Part shown: positions 1 to 8,823 of the stretch, one piece after another | Layout of the letters: every line of letters starts with the position of its first letter | Position numbering within the stretch: position 1 is the stretch's first letter | Assembly: GCA_964561655.1 (NCBI GenBank) | Contig: CAZLQG010000002.1 | Location: forward strand, 1 to 45,883 | DNA from: an uncultured Candidatus Saccharibacteria bacterium | GTDB taxonomy: Bacteria; Patescibacteriota; Doudnabacteria; UBA920 | Direction of reading: 5' to 3' | DNA length: 45,883 bases | Translations under genes and position numbers: made by a program | The notes under the pieces: model-generated | Told to the model about the DNA's origin: nothing | Databases searched by the model: none | The model's input: the letters and a program-made list of their open reading frames with translations, nothing else

Positions 1-666
1 TAAAATCAGATTCATTAAATCTTTTTTGGGTAATTTTTGTGCTGCCTCTATAATTTCCTTTAAGACAACATCAGTTGCCATCCAAGTCAAAGCCTGATCC
101 AAATCCTGTGCTGTAGAAAGCCTTTCTACTGCCGGATAAAGCAAACTGTTGAATTTCATAAATGCAGCCTCGTTTAAGTCAGGGTGTTTCGTAAAAGCTT
201 GCATGCTCCCATACTGTTTAATAAAGATTCTTATACTTTGGATCGTATTTTCCCTTGACCTTTCTAAATCTGTTCCTTCTTTACCCGTGTACATCTCATG
301 CATTGCAGCATTTACCAATAAATTCCAAAATACAGAATAATCCAAATTATGCAGTAAAAATTCTTTTTGTTCTTTCGTAAATCTTTTTGTCTTTGACAAG
401 AAAGCTTGAACGGCATCTTTCTGCTCTCCGCCGATTTTTATTCTAAATCTAGCCAAGGCGCTTTGCTGTTCTACCTGATCCAACATTAAAGCAATCTCAT
501 TCATCCGGATGCCCAAAGAAGGGTCCCTTTTAACCTGAATTCCCAGATATAGCCTATCTGTATCGGTTAGCGCGCTGAAAGCGGGATTCTCAAACAATTC
601 TGTCAAGCTCTTTTCTCCGTTTGGCTCCCTATCCGGACCATTTGATCTTGAACTTTTTTCATTCAT
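1..666 (-). CDS. hypothetical protein, N-terminal 222 codons only (ORF runs off the left edge)
   Basis: My translation of the minus strand from ATG 666 gives MNEKSSRSNGPDREPNGEKSLTELFENPAF... It stays open to position 1. It is absent from the ORF track because there is no stop in the window. TGgTATAAT ends 6 nt upstream of the ATG. Confidence 0.6.
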   Translation of the reverse strand, partial: MNEKSSRSNGPDREPNGEKSLTELFENPAFSALTDTDRLYLGIQVKRDPSLGIRMNEIALMLDQVEQQSALARFRIKIGGEQKDAVQAFLSKTKRFTKEQKEFLLHNLDYSVFWNLLVNAAMHEMYTGKEGTDLERSRENTIQSIRIFIKQYGSMQAFTKHPDLNEAAFMKFNSLLYPAVERLSTAQDLDQALTWMATDVVLKEIIEAAQKLPKKDLMNLIL

Positions 667-680
667 AACCCCATTATACC

Positions 681-712
681 AAAACCCCGCCTTGGTGAAT
701 ACCAAAGCGGGG
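681..712 (-). terminator. rho-independent terminator after groEL
   Basis: Minus strand reads CCCCGCTTTGGT-ATTC-ACCAAGGCGGGG followed by TTTT, about 30 nt after the groEL stop. Confidence 0.7.
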
Positions 713-742
713 TATCTTTTAGTATTCACTATTCGCTAACTT

Positions 743-2413
743 TTACATTCCCATTCCGCCCATTGGCGGCATTCCGCCGCCGGTTATAGGGCTTCCTTCC
801 TTTGGCTCGGGCTTGTCCACGACCACGGCTTCTGTGATCACCAAAGTTGAGGCAATGGAAACCGCGTGTTCAAGTGCCAGACGAGTAACTTTCAAAGGGT
901 CTACAATTCCTACTTTCATCATATCTTCCACTTTGCCCACTTCCCAATCGCTGTCGGAAATTTTGGAAAAATCATAACCGGCATGGGGCTTGCCGCTTGA
1001 CTGGATAAAAGAAATTATCGGGGTAGGTTCAATTCCGGAATTGGCGGCAATTTGCCTTAAAGGCGCATCCAAGGAATCGCGCACCACTTTTACACCGGCC
1101 TTCTGCGCATAGGACAAATCTTTGCCGAACTCGTCGAGCTTGGGAGCGATTCTGGCAAAAGCCGCGCCGCCGCCTGCCACAATCCCCTCTTCTACCGCGG
1201 CCTTGGTGGCATTTAATGCGTCTTCAATTTTGAACTTTTTATGCTTCATTTCCGTTTCGGTAAAAGCGCCAACCTTAATTACGCCAACACCCCCGGCCAG
1301 CCTTGCCAAACGTTCCTGTAATTTCTCCTTGTCATAATCAGAGGTTGACTCTTTATATTCGTTTTTGATTTGCTGAATACGGGAATCAATCGCGCTCTTT
1401 TCGCCCTGCCCATCTATAATGGTGGTATTTTCTTTAGTGGCAACAACTTTGCGGGCCCGGCCTAACTGCTTAATCTCGGTATTTTCCAGTTTTAGCCCTA
1501 AGTCTTCGGAAATTACTTGCCCTCCCGTTAAAACTGCAATATCCTGCAACATTTCTTTTCTTCTGTCGCCAAAGCCCGGAGCCTTCACTGCCAAAACGTT
1601 AAAAGTGCCGCGCAGCTTGTTGACCACAAAAGTGGCCAAAGCTTCGCCTTCCACTTCATCGGCAATAATGACTATGTCTTTTTTTCCGCCTTGGGCAAGC
1701 TTCTCAAGTAGCGGCAAAATTTCCTGCACGCTGGAGATTTTTTTGTCCGTAATTAAAATATAGGGATCTTCCCAAACCGCTTCCATGCGGTCAGGATTTG
1801 TCATCATATACGCCGAAACAAAACCTTTGTCAAAACGCATGCCTTTTACTACTTCTTTTTCCAGACCCGTTGTCTGGCCTTCTTCCACGGTAATCACTCC
1901 TTCGTGCCCGACCTCTTCCATGGCTTCAGCAATTAACTTACCCACTTCCGAGTCTAAAGATGCAATGGTGGCTACTTGTTCAATTTCTTCCTTGATCTTT
2001 ACCTCTTTTTTAACTTTTTTAAGCTCTTCCACCACAAAAGCCACGGCACTATCCATGCCCTTTTTAATTTCGTTGGCATGGGAAGAAGCCAAAGCTGCGG
2101 CCTCAAATGCCCTTTCTATCATTTTCTGCGCCAGCACCGTTGCCGTGGTAGTTCCGTCTCCCGCTTCTTCGTTGGTTTTATTAGCCACCTCCTGAATTAG
2201 TGAAGCGCCCACATTTTCAAACTTATCTTCAAGTTCAATGTCTTTGGCAACCGTAACGCCGTCGTCAGTGATGGTGGGGCTGCCAAAGCCTTTGTCTAAA
2301 ATTACCGCTTTGCCGGTTGGCCCCAAAGTAACCCTAACCGCATCCGCGGCAATGTCCACTCCCTTTTTGACCGCCTGTTTAGCGGCAAATCCGTGTTTTA
2401 ATATTTTTGCCAT
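743..2413 (-). CDS. groL: chaperonin GroEL (60 kDa)
   Basis: 556 aa. [20 protein letters not shown]..., [12 protein letters not shown] motif and C-terminal [11 protein letters not shown] tail. AAGGAG SD upstream. Confidence 0.98.
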   Translation of the reverse strand: MAKILKHGFAAKQAVKKGVDIAADAVRVTLGPTGKAVILDKGFGSPTITDDGVTVAKDIELEDKFENVGASLIQEVANKTNEEAGDGTTTATVLAQKMIERAFEAAALASSHANEIKKGMDSAVAFVVEELKKVKKEVKIKEEIEQVATIASLDSEVGKLIAEAMEEVGHEGVITVEEGQTTGLEKEVVKGMRFDKGFVSAYMMTNPDRMEAVWEDPYILITDKKISSVQEILPLLEKLAQGGKKDIVIIADEVEGEALATFVVNKLRGTFNVLAVKAPGFGDRRKEMLQDIAVLTGGQVISEDLGLKLENTEIKQLGRARKVVATKENTTIIDGQGEKSAIDSRIQQIKNEYKESTSDYDKEKLQERLARLAGGVGVIKVGAFTETEMKHKKFKIEDALNATKAAVEEGIVAGGGAAFARIAPKLDEFGKDLSYAQKAGVKVVRDSLDAPLRQIAANSGIEPTPIISFIQSSGKPHAGYDFSKISDSDWEVGKVEDMMKVGIVDPLKVTRLALEHAVSIASTLVITEAVVVDKPEPKEGSPITGGGMPPMGGMGM

Positions 2414-2545
2414 AAATAACTCCTTTTGTCGTAAATCTCAAGATCCAAGATGCCAAGTTCCAAACAAACTCTTAATTTCAGGCTTTAAGATTTGATTATT
2501 GATACTTGTTTGGTTCTTGTGATTTGGTCCTTGGTTCTTAATATT

Positions 2546-2851
2546 TTATTCCACTAAAGCCAAAACGTCGCTGTCGTCTTTCTCTTTGCCCACATACAAG
2601 ATTTTATATTCGACCTTTTTGCCGTCTTCTTCCATCTCCACTTCTTCACCCGCGTATTTGCCAAAAACGACTTTATCCCCCACTTTCAGACCAAGCTTAG
2701 AAATTTCGTCGCCATTGCCAACTTCCACCACCCTGCCTATGGCTTTCTTTTCCTTGTCGGCGGTGTCGGGCAAAACAATACCGCTTTTGGTTACTTCCTC
2801 CTGGCTTTCCTGTTTTATCAAAATTCTGTCGCCTAAAGGTTTTACTTTCAT
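2546..2851 (-). CDS. groS: co-chaperonin GroES
   Basis: 101 aa. [13 protein letters not shown]... lies directly upstream of groEL. AAGGAG SD. Confidence 0.95.
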   Translation of the reverse strand: MKVKPLGDRILIKQESQEEVTKSGIVLPDTADKEKKAIGRVVEVGNGDEISKLGLKVGDKVVFGKYAGEEVEMEEDGKKVEYKILYVGKEKDDSDVLALVE

Positions 2852-2903
2852 AACTTTGCTCCTTAATTATTATTTAATATCCTCTAGATGATTTGAGGAT
2901 GAT

Positions 2904-2930
2904 TTAGCACTCAAACTAATTGAGTGCTAA
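2904..2930. promoter_or_regulatory. CIRCE element (HrcA operator)
   Basis: TTAGCACTC-aaactaatt-GAGTGCTAA is a perfect 9-N9-9 match to the CIRCE consensus. It sits in the groES 5' UTR. Confidence 0.9.
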
Positions 2931-2946
2931 TGGTTTGCTAAATGCT

Positions 2947-2976
2947 ATTTTAAGGCATCTCTATATTCCCTGTCAA
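2947..2976 (-). promoter_or_regulatory. sigma70-type promoter of groES-groEL
   Basis: Minus strand reads TTGACA (2976-2971), 18 nt, TAAAAT (2952-2947). CIRCE begins 16 nt downstream of the -10. Confidence 0.6.
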
Positions 2977-3013
2977 GTGTTTCCTGCCCGCCTTTTGATG
3001 TTATAATGCCCTT

Positions 3014-3760
3014 ATGAATAACGCCTATAATGATAACAAAACTTCCACAGCTTATCAAGCTTTTTTAGATTCAAAAAATGGCCAAATATTTAAACAAATT
3101 ACTGGCCAGGCCATTTTACAAAGACTGCCTCAAGCGCCGGCTGTAATTTTAGATGCCGGCTGTGGAAGCGGTTGGCTTTCGGGTAAAATTGCCAAAACAG
3201 GACATACAGTATCAGCATGCGATGATTCCGAGGAGCTGCTAAAAAAAGCTAAAAACGATTTTCCTAATATTGATTTTAAACAGGCAAATTTAGAAAAGCC
3301 ACTGCCTTTTGCTCAAAACCAGTTCGATGCAGTAGTTTTAAACATGGTCCTGCACGATTTGGAAGACCAGCCAAAGGCAATAAATAATTTAAAAACCGTG
3401 CTTAAGCCCAACGGCAAAATTATTGCCACAATCGTTAATCCTTATTACGGCTATCCGGTCGCTGTCTGGAAACGAGGCTTTTCAGGTTTTCTTTTGCGCA
3501 AAAAACCAAAAATCAAATTAGCCAAAGCCTATAACCGCTTGGCGGAAGCAGGGTCTGACAAATCTTATTTGTGGAATGAAGTTTTAAAGTCCCGTTTCTA
3601 TCCCCTTTCAGAGCATCTCAATAATTTCATTAAAGCAAATTTTGTTTTAAATTATTACGAAGATATAAAAACCCAAAAAGATGCTTCGGGATTTAACTTA
3701 AACTATCAACTTTTCCGCGTGCCCATAATTCTACTGCTCGAGTTTAAAAAAGTCGACTAG
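3014..3760 (+). CDS. class I SAM-dependent methyltransferase
   Basis: 248 aa with motif I VILDAGCGSGWLS. TGtTATAAT (2999-3007) ends 6 nt before the ATG, so the gene looks leaderless. Confidence 0.8.
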   Translation: MNNAYNDNKTSTAYQAFLDSKNGQIFKQITGQAILQRLPQAPAVILDAGCGSGWLSGKIAKTGHTVSACDDSEELLKKAKNDFPNIDFKQANLEKPLPFAQNQFDAVVLNMVLHDLEDQPKAINNLKTVLKPNGKIIATIVNPYYGYPVAVWKRGFSGFLLRKKPKIKLAKAYNRLAEAGSDKSYLWNEVLKSRFYPLSEHLNNFIKANFVLNYYEDIKTQKDASGFNLNYQLFRVPIILLLEFKKVD

Positions 3761-4645
3761 CAATTTTTGCTGCTTGCTGCCCGGATGAAAAGAGAGTTCG
3801 TCTTCACTTACCAAAATGAACTCTTCTTTTTTTATGCGCGGTAGCTGCAGGCGCTTTAACAATTTTTCCAGCAGACGGCCACAAGCGTTATTAAATAAAC
3901 TCTCCAAAAGCCTCTGGACACTTGGCTGTTTGATTGGCCCGCTATCTTCCATCAACTGCCAATTCGGAAAAAAGGTTTGCATCCAGTCCGAATTATTTTT
4001 TTGAAATTCCAAAATACCATGAGCATAAACCAAAGGCCGTAGTTTAATATATTCCATTGCGGTGTACAAGTTCCTAAGTTGGCCTATTTTTTTACCTTCC
4101 GCCAAATAATGGTTCAAACAAAACCTGTTGGCAATTTTGCCCCCATACCTTCTTAAACCTAAAATCTGAAAATGGGCGGTCACCAAAGTCCTGGCAAGCC
4201 AAATGAATTTAGGTTCCACCAAAATAAATAAATCTATATCGGACAAAGGTTTCTGTTGGCCCAGGGCCTGCGAGCCGGTAAGGCCTACGCCTCTGATGAA
4301 CGGCAAATACTTCAATCCGCCAATGTATTTTTTTATTAGCTTCTCCCTTTTTATGCCGTACAAATAATTTTCAAGCCGGTCTTTGACAATTTCCCGCCTG
4401 CCGGCCAAATAATAAAATCCTTCCAGGTTTTCCACTGTTCCCTGGCATTCGCTTTCCAAAGCTTCCAGCACTTCCCCCATGCTCAATTCTTTATCTGAAT
4501 AATTATTTTCCAACAACTCCCCGTCTAATTCCAACTTAATACTCTCCAAATCGGCAATTAGAAACTTGTGCAATTCCGGCAAAGTCAAAGGCCAGTCCTG
4601 TAGGTCAAAAAAACGGAGAGTTGATAGGATTTGATTTTTGAGCAT
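3731..4645 (-). CDS. putative Pol-beta-type nucleotidyltransferase-fold protein
   Basis: 304 aa. GLTGSQALGQQKPLSDIDLFILV fits the GS-x10-DxD signature. The 3' end overlaps the methyltransferase gene convergently by 30 nt. Confidence 0.5.
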   Translation of the reverse strand: MLKNQILSTLRFFDLQDWPLTLPELHKFLIADLESIKLELDGELLENNYSDKELSMGEVLEALESECQGTVENLEGFYYLAGRREIVKDRLENYLYGIKREKLIKKYIGGLKYLPFIRGVGLTGSQALGQQKPLSDIDLFILVEPKFIWLARTLVTAHFQILGLRRYGGKIANRFCLNHYLAEGKKIGQLRNLYTAMEYIKLRPLVYAHGILEFQKNNSDWMQTFFPNWQLMEDSGPIKQPSVQRLLESLFNNACGRLLEKLLKRLQLPRIKKEEFILVSEDELSFHPGSKQQKLLVDFFKLEQ

Positions 4646-4758
4646 TCTTAAAATTTCTAATTAACCTAATTGACTAATTATTCTAAACAATACCTAAATT
4701 CCAATTCCCAAAATAAGGGCATTAGTCATTGGTGCTTGTTTAGGTCAATTAGAATAAT

Positions 4759-5121
4759 TTATAATCCCAACTTATCCAGCGTTATCTCTTCCCACTCCCC
4801 CAAATCATCTTCTTTAAACACCCGCAATTTGTGACTAAATTCCGTGTCGGAAAATTTATATTCTGTCCTGGCTGTATCCCCCGCCCTATGCGAAAAATGC
4901 TGCTTCTTTTCTAAAACCACAGGGCGATTCTCCCGCACCAATTTGTAGCGAACACCATCAACATGGTCAAAAATCAAAACATCCTGCGTTCCTTGATTTT
5001 GCGGCCCGTCCATAGTTTCCACCATTAAATCTTCCGTTGTAAGTGTAACGTCCTTAAAATTCTTCTTTGCCATCTCCACTAATTGTTGCCAACGATCGTC
5101 GTTCATATTTTTTCTACCCAA
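4759..5121 (-). CDS. hypothetical protein
   Basis: 120-aa ORF with no recognisable motif. The track start is TTG; ATG at 5106 is an alternative start. Confidence 0.5.
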   Translation of the reverse strand: MGRKNMNDDRWQQLVEMAKKNFKDVTLTTEDLMVETMDGPQNQGTQDVLIFDHVDGVRYKLVRENRPVVLEKKQHFSHRAGDTARTEYKFSDTEFSHKLRVFKEDDLGEWEEITLDKLGL

Positions 5122-5161
5122 TACGAAAGGTGCTAGATCCTAAATTTGGCATTTCGTAAAG

Positions 5162-5404
5162 TTATTGCAGTCCGTTTAAATACACACTGCTTAAACTGCC
5201 TAAAGACTTCATGACCATGGGTAGCAAGACCACGATGGACAACAATGGCAGCACGATTAAAATAATAGTGATATACAGCTGCCATCTCATATAGTTCATA
5301 GTCTTGCGAGTGTTTTCATAAATAGCCTGAAGCATTTCCTCCTGGCTTACGGTTTGTTTATCCTGATTATGATTATTTTCCATTTTTTCCTTTCTCAAAA
5401 ACAT
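5162..5404 (-). CDS. small membrane protein (hypothetical)
   Basis: 80 aa with one hydrophobic helix, LYITIILIVLPLLSIVVLLPMV. Alternative ATG at 5383 has a GAAAGGA SD-like element. Confidence 0.5.
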   Translation of the reverse strand: MFLRKEKMENNHNQDKQTVSQEEMLQAIYENTRKTMNYMRWQLYITIILIVLPLLSIVVLLPMVMKSLGSLSSVYLNGLQ

Positions 5405-5429
5405 GATACTTTATACATTATACTTTATA

Positions 5430-6413
5430 CTATTTCTGGCATCTTGGACAATATGAGCCCGTACGGCCGTTTAATTTAATCGATTTGATAATTGAGCTGC
5501 ACTTTTTACATTTCTCCCCGCTTCTTCCGTAAACGAAATGGAGCTTGCCCATCTGCCCCCAACTGCCGTCGGTGCGCACGAAATCCCCCACCGATGAACC
5601 CTTGGCCTTTATTGCCCTGCTTAAAACTTCCTTGATGTTTTTATATATTTCCCTTAATTCTTGATTCTTGATACTTGCTACTTTTCTCTCCGGCTTTACT
5701 CCGGCATGGAATAAAATTTCGTCACTGTAGATATTTCCTATCCCAGCCACAACTTTTGGGTCCATCAAAACCTGTTTAATTTTGCCCTTGGGCTTCTTAC
5801 CGACTGTGAACTCGAAAGCCTTAAGTGTAAACTTTTTATCCAAGGGTTCCGGACCAAACTCGCTTAAATCTTTCACCCTGCCGATTTCGTCATCGCGGAC
5901 AATTTTCAAATAGCCGAATTTGCGAATATCGTTAAAAAACAACCTTGAACCATCATTAAAAATAAAAATCACGTGCGTGTGCTTGGAAGGTAAAAGTTCT
6001 TTGGGCGCGGTAAGCGTATTGATTAAACGATAATAACCTCTGGTTTTCGCCCGCAATTTTTTATCCTCGTAAATAAACTGTCCGGTCATCTTTAAATGAA
6101 CCAACAGCAAGAGCGAAGCTCTCACCTCTTTATCCTCCCCATGATTTGGGGAAGGTCCTCCGCCAGTGGCGGAGGGGGAGAGGTTGATAATCAAAAGTTT
6201 CGCGCGCCGCCTTACCGACAAAATCCTCTGCCTTTTCAATAACTTTATGAACTTTATAACTTTATAACTTTTAACTATCCTGGTGTTGGACACAACATCA
6301 GGACCTATCGCGACCATCTTCGGCGCTTTAACTACCACCGACTTGATGATTTTGTTTTTTAGCTTGCGATTTAATTCGCTTGCTATTATTTCTACTTCGG
6401 GCAGTTCTGGCAT
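5430..6413 (-). CDS. mutM: formamidopyrimidine-DNA glycosylase (Fpg/MutM) with internal insertion
   Basis: 327 aa. N-terminal MPELPEVE and C-terminal zinc finger CKKC...CPRCQ. About 20 extra aa (SPSATGGGPSPNHGEDKEVRAS) are encoded by a GC-rich palindromic element. Confidence 0.9.
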   Translation of the reverse strand: MPELPEVEIIASELNRKLKNKIIKSVVVKAPKMVAIGPDVVSNTRIVKSYKVIKFIKLLKRQRILSVRRRAKLLIINLSPSATGGGPSPNHGEDKEVRASLLLLVHLKMTGQFIYEDKKLRAKTRGYYRLINTLTAPKELLPSKHTHVIFIFNDGSRLFFNDIRKFGYLKIVRDDEIGRVKDLSEFGPEPLDKKFTLKAFEFTVGKKPKGKIKQVLMDPKVVAGIGNIYSDEILFHAGVKPERKVASIKNQELREIYKNIKEVLSRAIKAKGSSVGDFVRTDGSWGQMGKLHFVYGRSGEKCKKCSSIIKSIKLNGRTGSYCPRCQK

Positions 6414-6553
6414 AAAAATTAAAGAGCCCTCCGAGCATCTTTTTTATTTTATAGATTTCGCGAAGCGATACAAAAATTTTACGTTTTTCGCTTTAAATTC
6501 TTAGCTCTCCTATTATATCATTGAGGGTTAAAAAATGTTATAATACTGTTAAT

Positions 6554-8026
6554 ATGCAAGAATTCTTTGGCGCCATCCCGCATCAATTCAGTGAAAAAGA
6601 CAAAGCCCTTTTGGCCAAGGCTTATGAGTTTGCCCAAAAAGCCCATGCCGGCCACAAACGGCTGAGCGGCAGAAACTATTTTGAACACCCCAAACAGTCG
6701 GCGATTATTTTAGGGCAGATATTTCCTGACGCTCCGACTTTGGCCGCCACATTAATGCATGACATTCCCGAAGACACTCCTCTCAATTTGGCGGATGTAA
6801 AAAAAGAATTCGGGGACGAGATTGCCAAACTTATAGATGGCGTTACCCAGCTCGGACACGTAAGGATGAAAAACAGCCAGGACAAATACTACGTGGAAAA
6901 CCTGCGCAAACTTTTTATTGCCACCAGCCAGGACGTGCGGGTAATTTTAATTAAGCTCGCCGACCGCATCCACAACATGAGGACGATTGAATTTATTCTG
7001 AAAGAAAAGCAAATTAAAATTGCCACGGAAACTTTGGAAATTTTTGCCCCCATTGCCGCGCGCTTGGGCATCAACAACTGGAAAGACGAACTGCAAGACT
7101 TAGCGTTCAGAATTGTCCAGCCGCAGGAATTCATCCAAACCCATAAAACCCTAAAGTCAATTCTGGAAAAAAAGGAACAGAACGTCAAAGATATGCAAAA
7201 ACAGCTGGTGCAAGTTTTAAGAACAGAAGGCATAAAATTTGTAGACATAACTGGCAGAGTCAAACGGCTTTATTCGCTCTACCAAAAACTTAAAAAATAC
7301 GAAGGCGACATCAATAAAATTTACGACATTATCGCCTTAAGGGTAATCACCAAGACCACCGCCGACTGCTATTCCGCCCTTGGAGCCATACATAAATATT
7401 TCCAACCCCTGCCCAACCGCATCAAAGATTATATTGCCAACCCCAAACCCAACGGCTACCAAAGCATCCACACCACGGTGTTTGACAAAAACAACGAAGC
7501 CTTTGAAATCCAAATCAGAACGGACCTGATGCACGAAGAGGCGGAGCGCGGCATCGCGGCGCACTGGTTTTATGCCGAAGAAGGCAAGCCGGAAAGCGGG
7601 GTTAAAACGCAATCCCAATGGATCAAAGAACTCCGCGCTTGGCAGGAAGAAACCATGAACCCGGAAGAATTTTTGGAAAACTTAAAGATAGATTTGTTCC
7701 GCCATCGCATTTTTGTCTATACCCCCAAAGGCGACATTAAAGATTTGCCGCTAGGCGCCACGGTGATTGATTTTGCTTTTGCCGTACATACCGACTTGGG
7801 TTACCACATGATGGGAGCCAAAATAAACGACAAAATGGCCAGTATTTACGGCGAACTGGAAACGGAGGACGTGGTGGAAATCATAAAAACCAAACAGCCG
7901 GCGAAAATCTCTCCTGACTGGCTGAAAGCCGCGAAAACACCAAGCGCCCGCAACAAAATCCGCCATTATCTAAGCAAAAACAAAAGCGGGCTAATTGAAA
8001 GAGTGAGAGGCCTAATCGGAAAATAA
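6554..8026 (+). CDS. bifunctional (p)ppGpp synthetase/hydrolase, RelA/SpoT family
   Basis: HD motif HDIPEDT, synthetase block YQSIHTTV/RTDLMHEEAERG and TGS block VYTPKGDIKDLPLGATVIDFAFAVHT. Start moved to ATG 6554 because the track start 6521 is a TTG lying upstream of the TGtTATAAT promoter element (6536-6544). Confidence 0.9.
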   Translation: MQEFFGAIPHQFSEKDKALLAKAYEFAQKAHAGHKRLSGRNYFEHPKQSAIILGQIFPDAPTLAATLMHDIPEDTPLNLADVKKEFGDEIAKLIDGVTQLGHVRMKNSQDKYYVENLRKLFIATSQDVRVILIKLADRIHNMRTIEFILKEKQIKIATETLEIFAPIAARLGINNWKDELQDLAFRIVQPQEFIQTHKTLKSILEKKEQNVKDMQKQLVQVLRTEGIKFVDITGRVKRLYSLYQKLKKYEGDINKIYDIIALRVITKTTADCYSALGAIHKYFQPLPNRIKDYIANPKPNGYQSIHTTVFDKNNEAFEIQIRTDLMHEEAERGIAAHWFYAEEGKPESGVKTQSQWIKELRAWQEETMNPEEFLENLKIDLFRHRIFVYTPKGDIKDLPLGATVIDFAFAVHTDLGYHMMGAKINDKMASIYGELETEDVVEIIKTKQPAKISPDWLKAAKTPSARNKIRHYLSKNKSGLIERVRGLIGK

Positions 8027-8034
8027 ATCCCGAG

Positions 8035-8073
8035 CCCCAAAATCAAAACTCCCCTGCTTTGGGGAAGTTTTTC
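8035..8073 (+). terminator. possible terminator after relA/spoT
   Basis: CCCCAAA...TTTGGGG stem (8035-8064) followed by AAGTTTTTC. The loop is long, so confidence is low. Confidence 0.35.
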
Positions 8074-8090
8074 AAATTGTTTATGATATT

Positions 8091-8191
8091 CCCGCCTGCC
8101 AAAGCCTGTTATTGATTACTTGTTAAGCCTAGGAAGCTTATCAGATAATTGATATCTGAAGAACTAAGATAGAAGGTATATGGCGGACAGG
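8091..8191 (+). repeat. copy 1 of a dispersed 101-102 nt element (GC-rich pairing termini, AT-rich core)
   Basis: Starts CCCGCCTGCCAAAGCCTGTTATTGATTA and ends TATGGCGGACAGG. The same termini occur at 45531-45632 and, inverted, at 45193-45293. Confidence 0.7.
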
Positions 8192-8210
8192 TGTGTATCT
8201 GTAAATTTAT

Positions 8211-8801
8211 CTAAAACATAATGTCTTCCTCTGCCCGCTTGTAGCTATGAATTTCTTCTTTAGAAAACCATAAGACTATTTCGTTATTTGCTTCCTCGGG
8301 GGTTTCGCTAGCATGCATGATATTATGAATGGCGCGGCGCTCAACATTAGCCACAGAAGGGCTGTCCACACTGTAATCGCCACGAATCGTGCCCATTTCC
8401 GCAAACACCGGCAAAGTGTTGCCCGCAAGCTTCCTTACCATGTCAATCGCGTGGATGCCCTGAATAACCATGGCCACCACCGGCCCGCTGGTTAAATATT
8501 CAACCAGAGCTTCTTTGACCATTTTGCCAATCTCTTTAGGATCATCGGTCCCCTGGGCGCTTACCGCGTCAATTCCATATTCGGCAAAAGTTTTTAAGGT
8601 TTTTTGCCCCAAGCGCTCCATCCATTCTTCGCTTGCAGGCAGATGCTTTTCCGCGTGCTCGCGGCCAATCTGCACCATCTTTAAAGCAATCACTTTAAGC
8701 CCTCTTCTTTCGATCCGTTTAACGACCTCGCCAACCAATCCGCGCTTGACGCCATCGGGCTTTACCAGCACCAAAGTTTTTTCTTGTTTAATATGTTCCA
8801 T
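8211..8801 (-). CDS. ndk: nucleoside-diphosphate kinase (long form with insertions)
   Basis: LVLVKPDGVKRGLVGEVVKRIERRGLKVIALKM, TSGPVVAMV and catalytic His context NIMHAS. 196 aa versus about 140-150 aa for typical Ndk. Confidence 0.85.
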   Translation of the reverse strand: MEHIKQEKTLVLVKPDGVKRGLVGEVVKRIERRGLKVIALKMVQIGREHAEKHLPASEEWMERLGQKTLKTFAEYGIDAVSAQGTDDPKEIGKMVKEALVEYLTSGPVVAMVIQGIHAIDMVRKLAGNTLPVFAEMGTIRGDYSVDSPSVANVERRAIHNIMHASETPEEANNEIVLWFSKEEIHSYKRAEEDIMF

Positions 8802-8823
8802 ATATGCTTTTGATTACTATTTA

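Noticed and set aside
149-340. 63-aa plus-strand ORF
   Set aside because: It lies inside the 222-codon minus-strand partial CDS, which stays open to the window edge.
6521-6553. TTG start of relA/spoT
   Set aside because: The TTG lies upstream of the TGtTATAAT element (6536-6544) that most likely drives the gene, so ATG 6554 is preferred.
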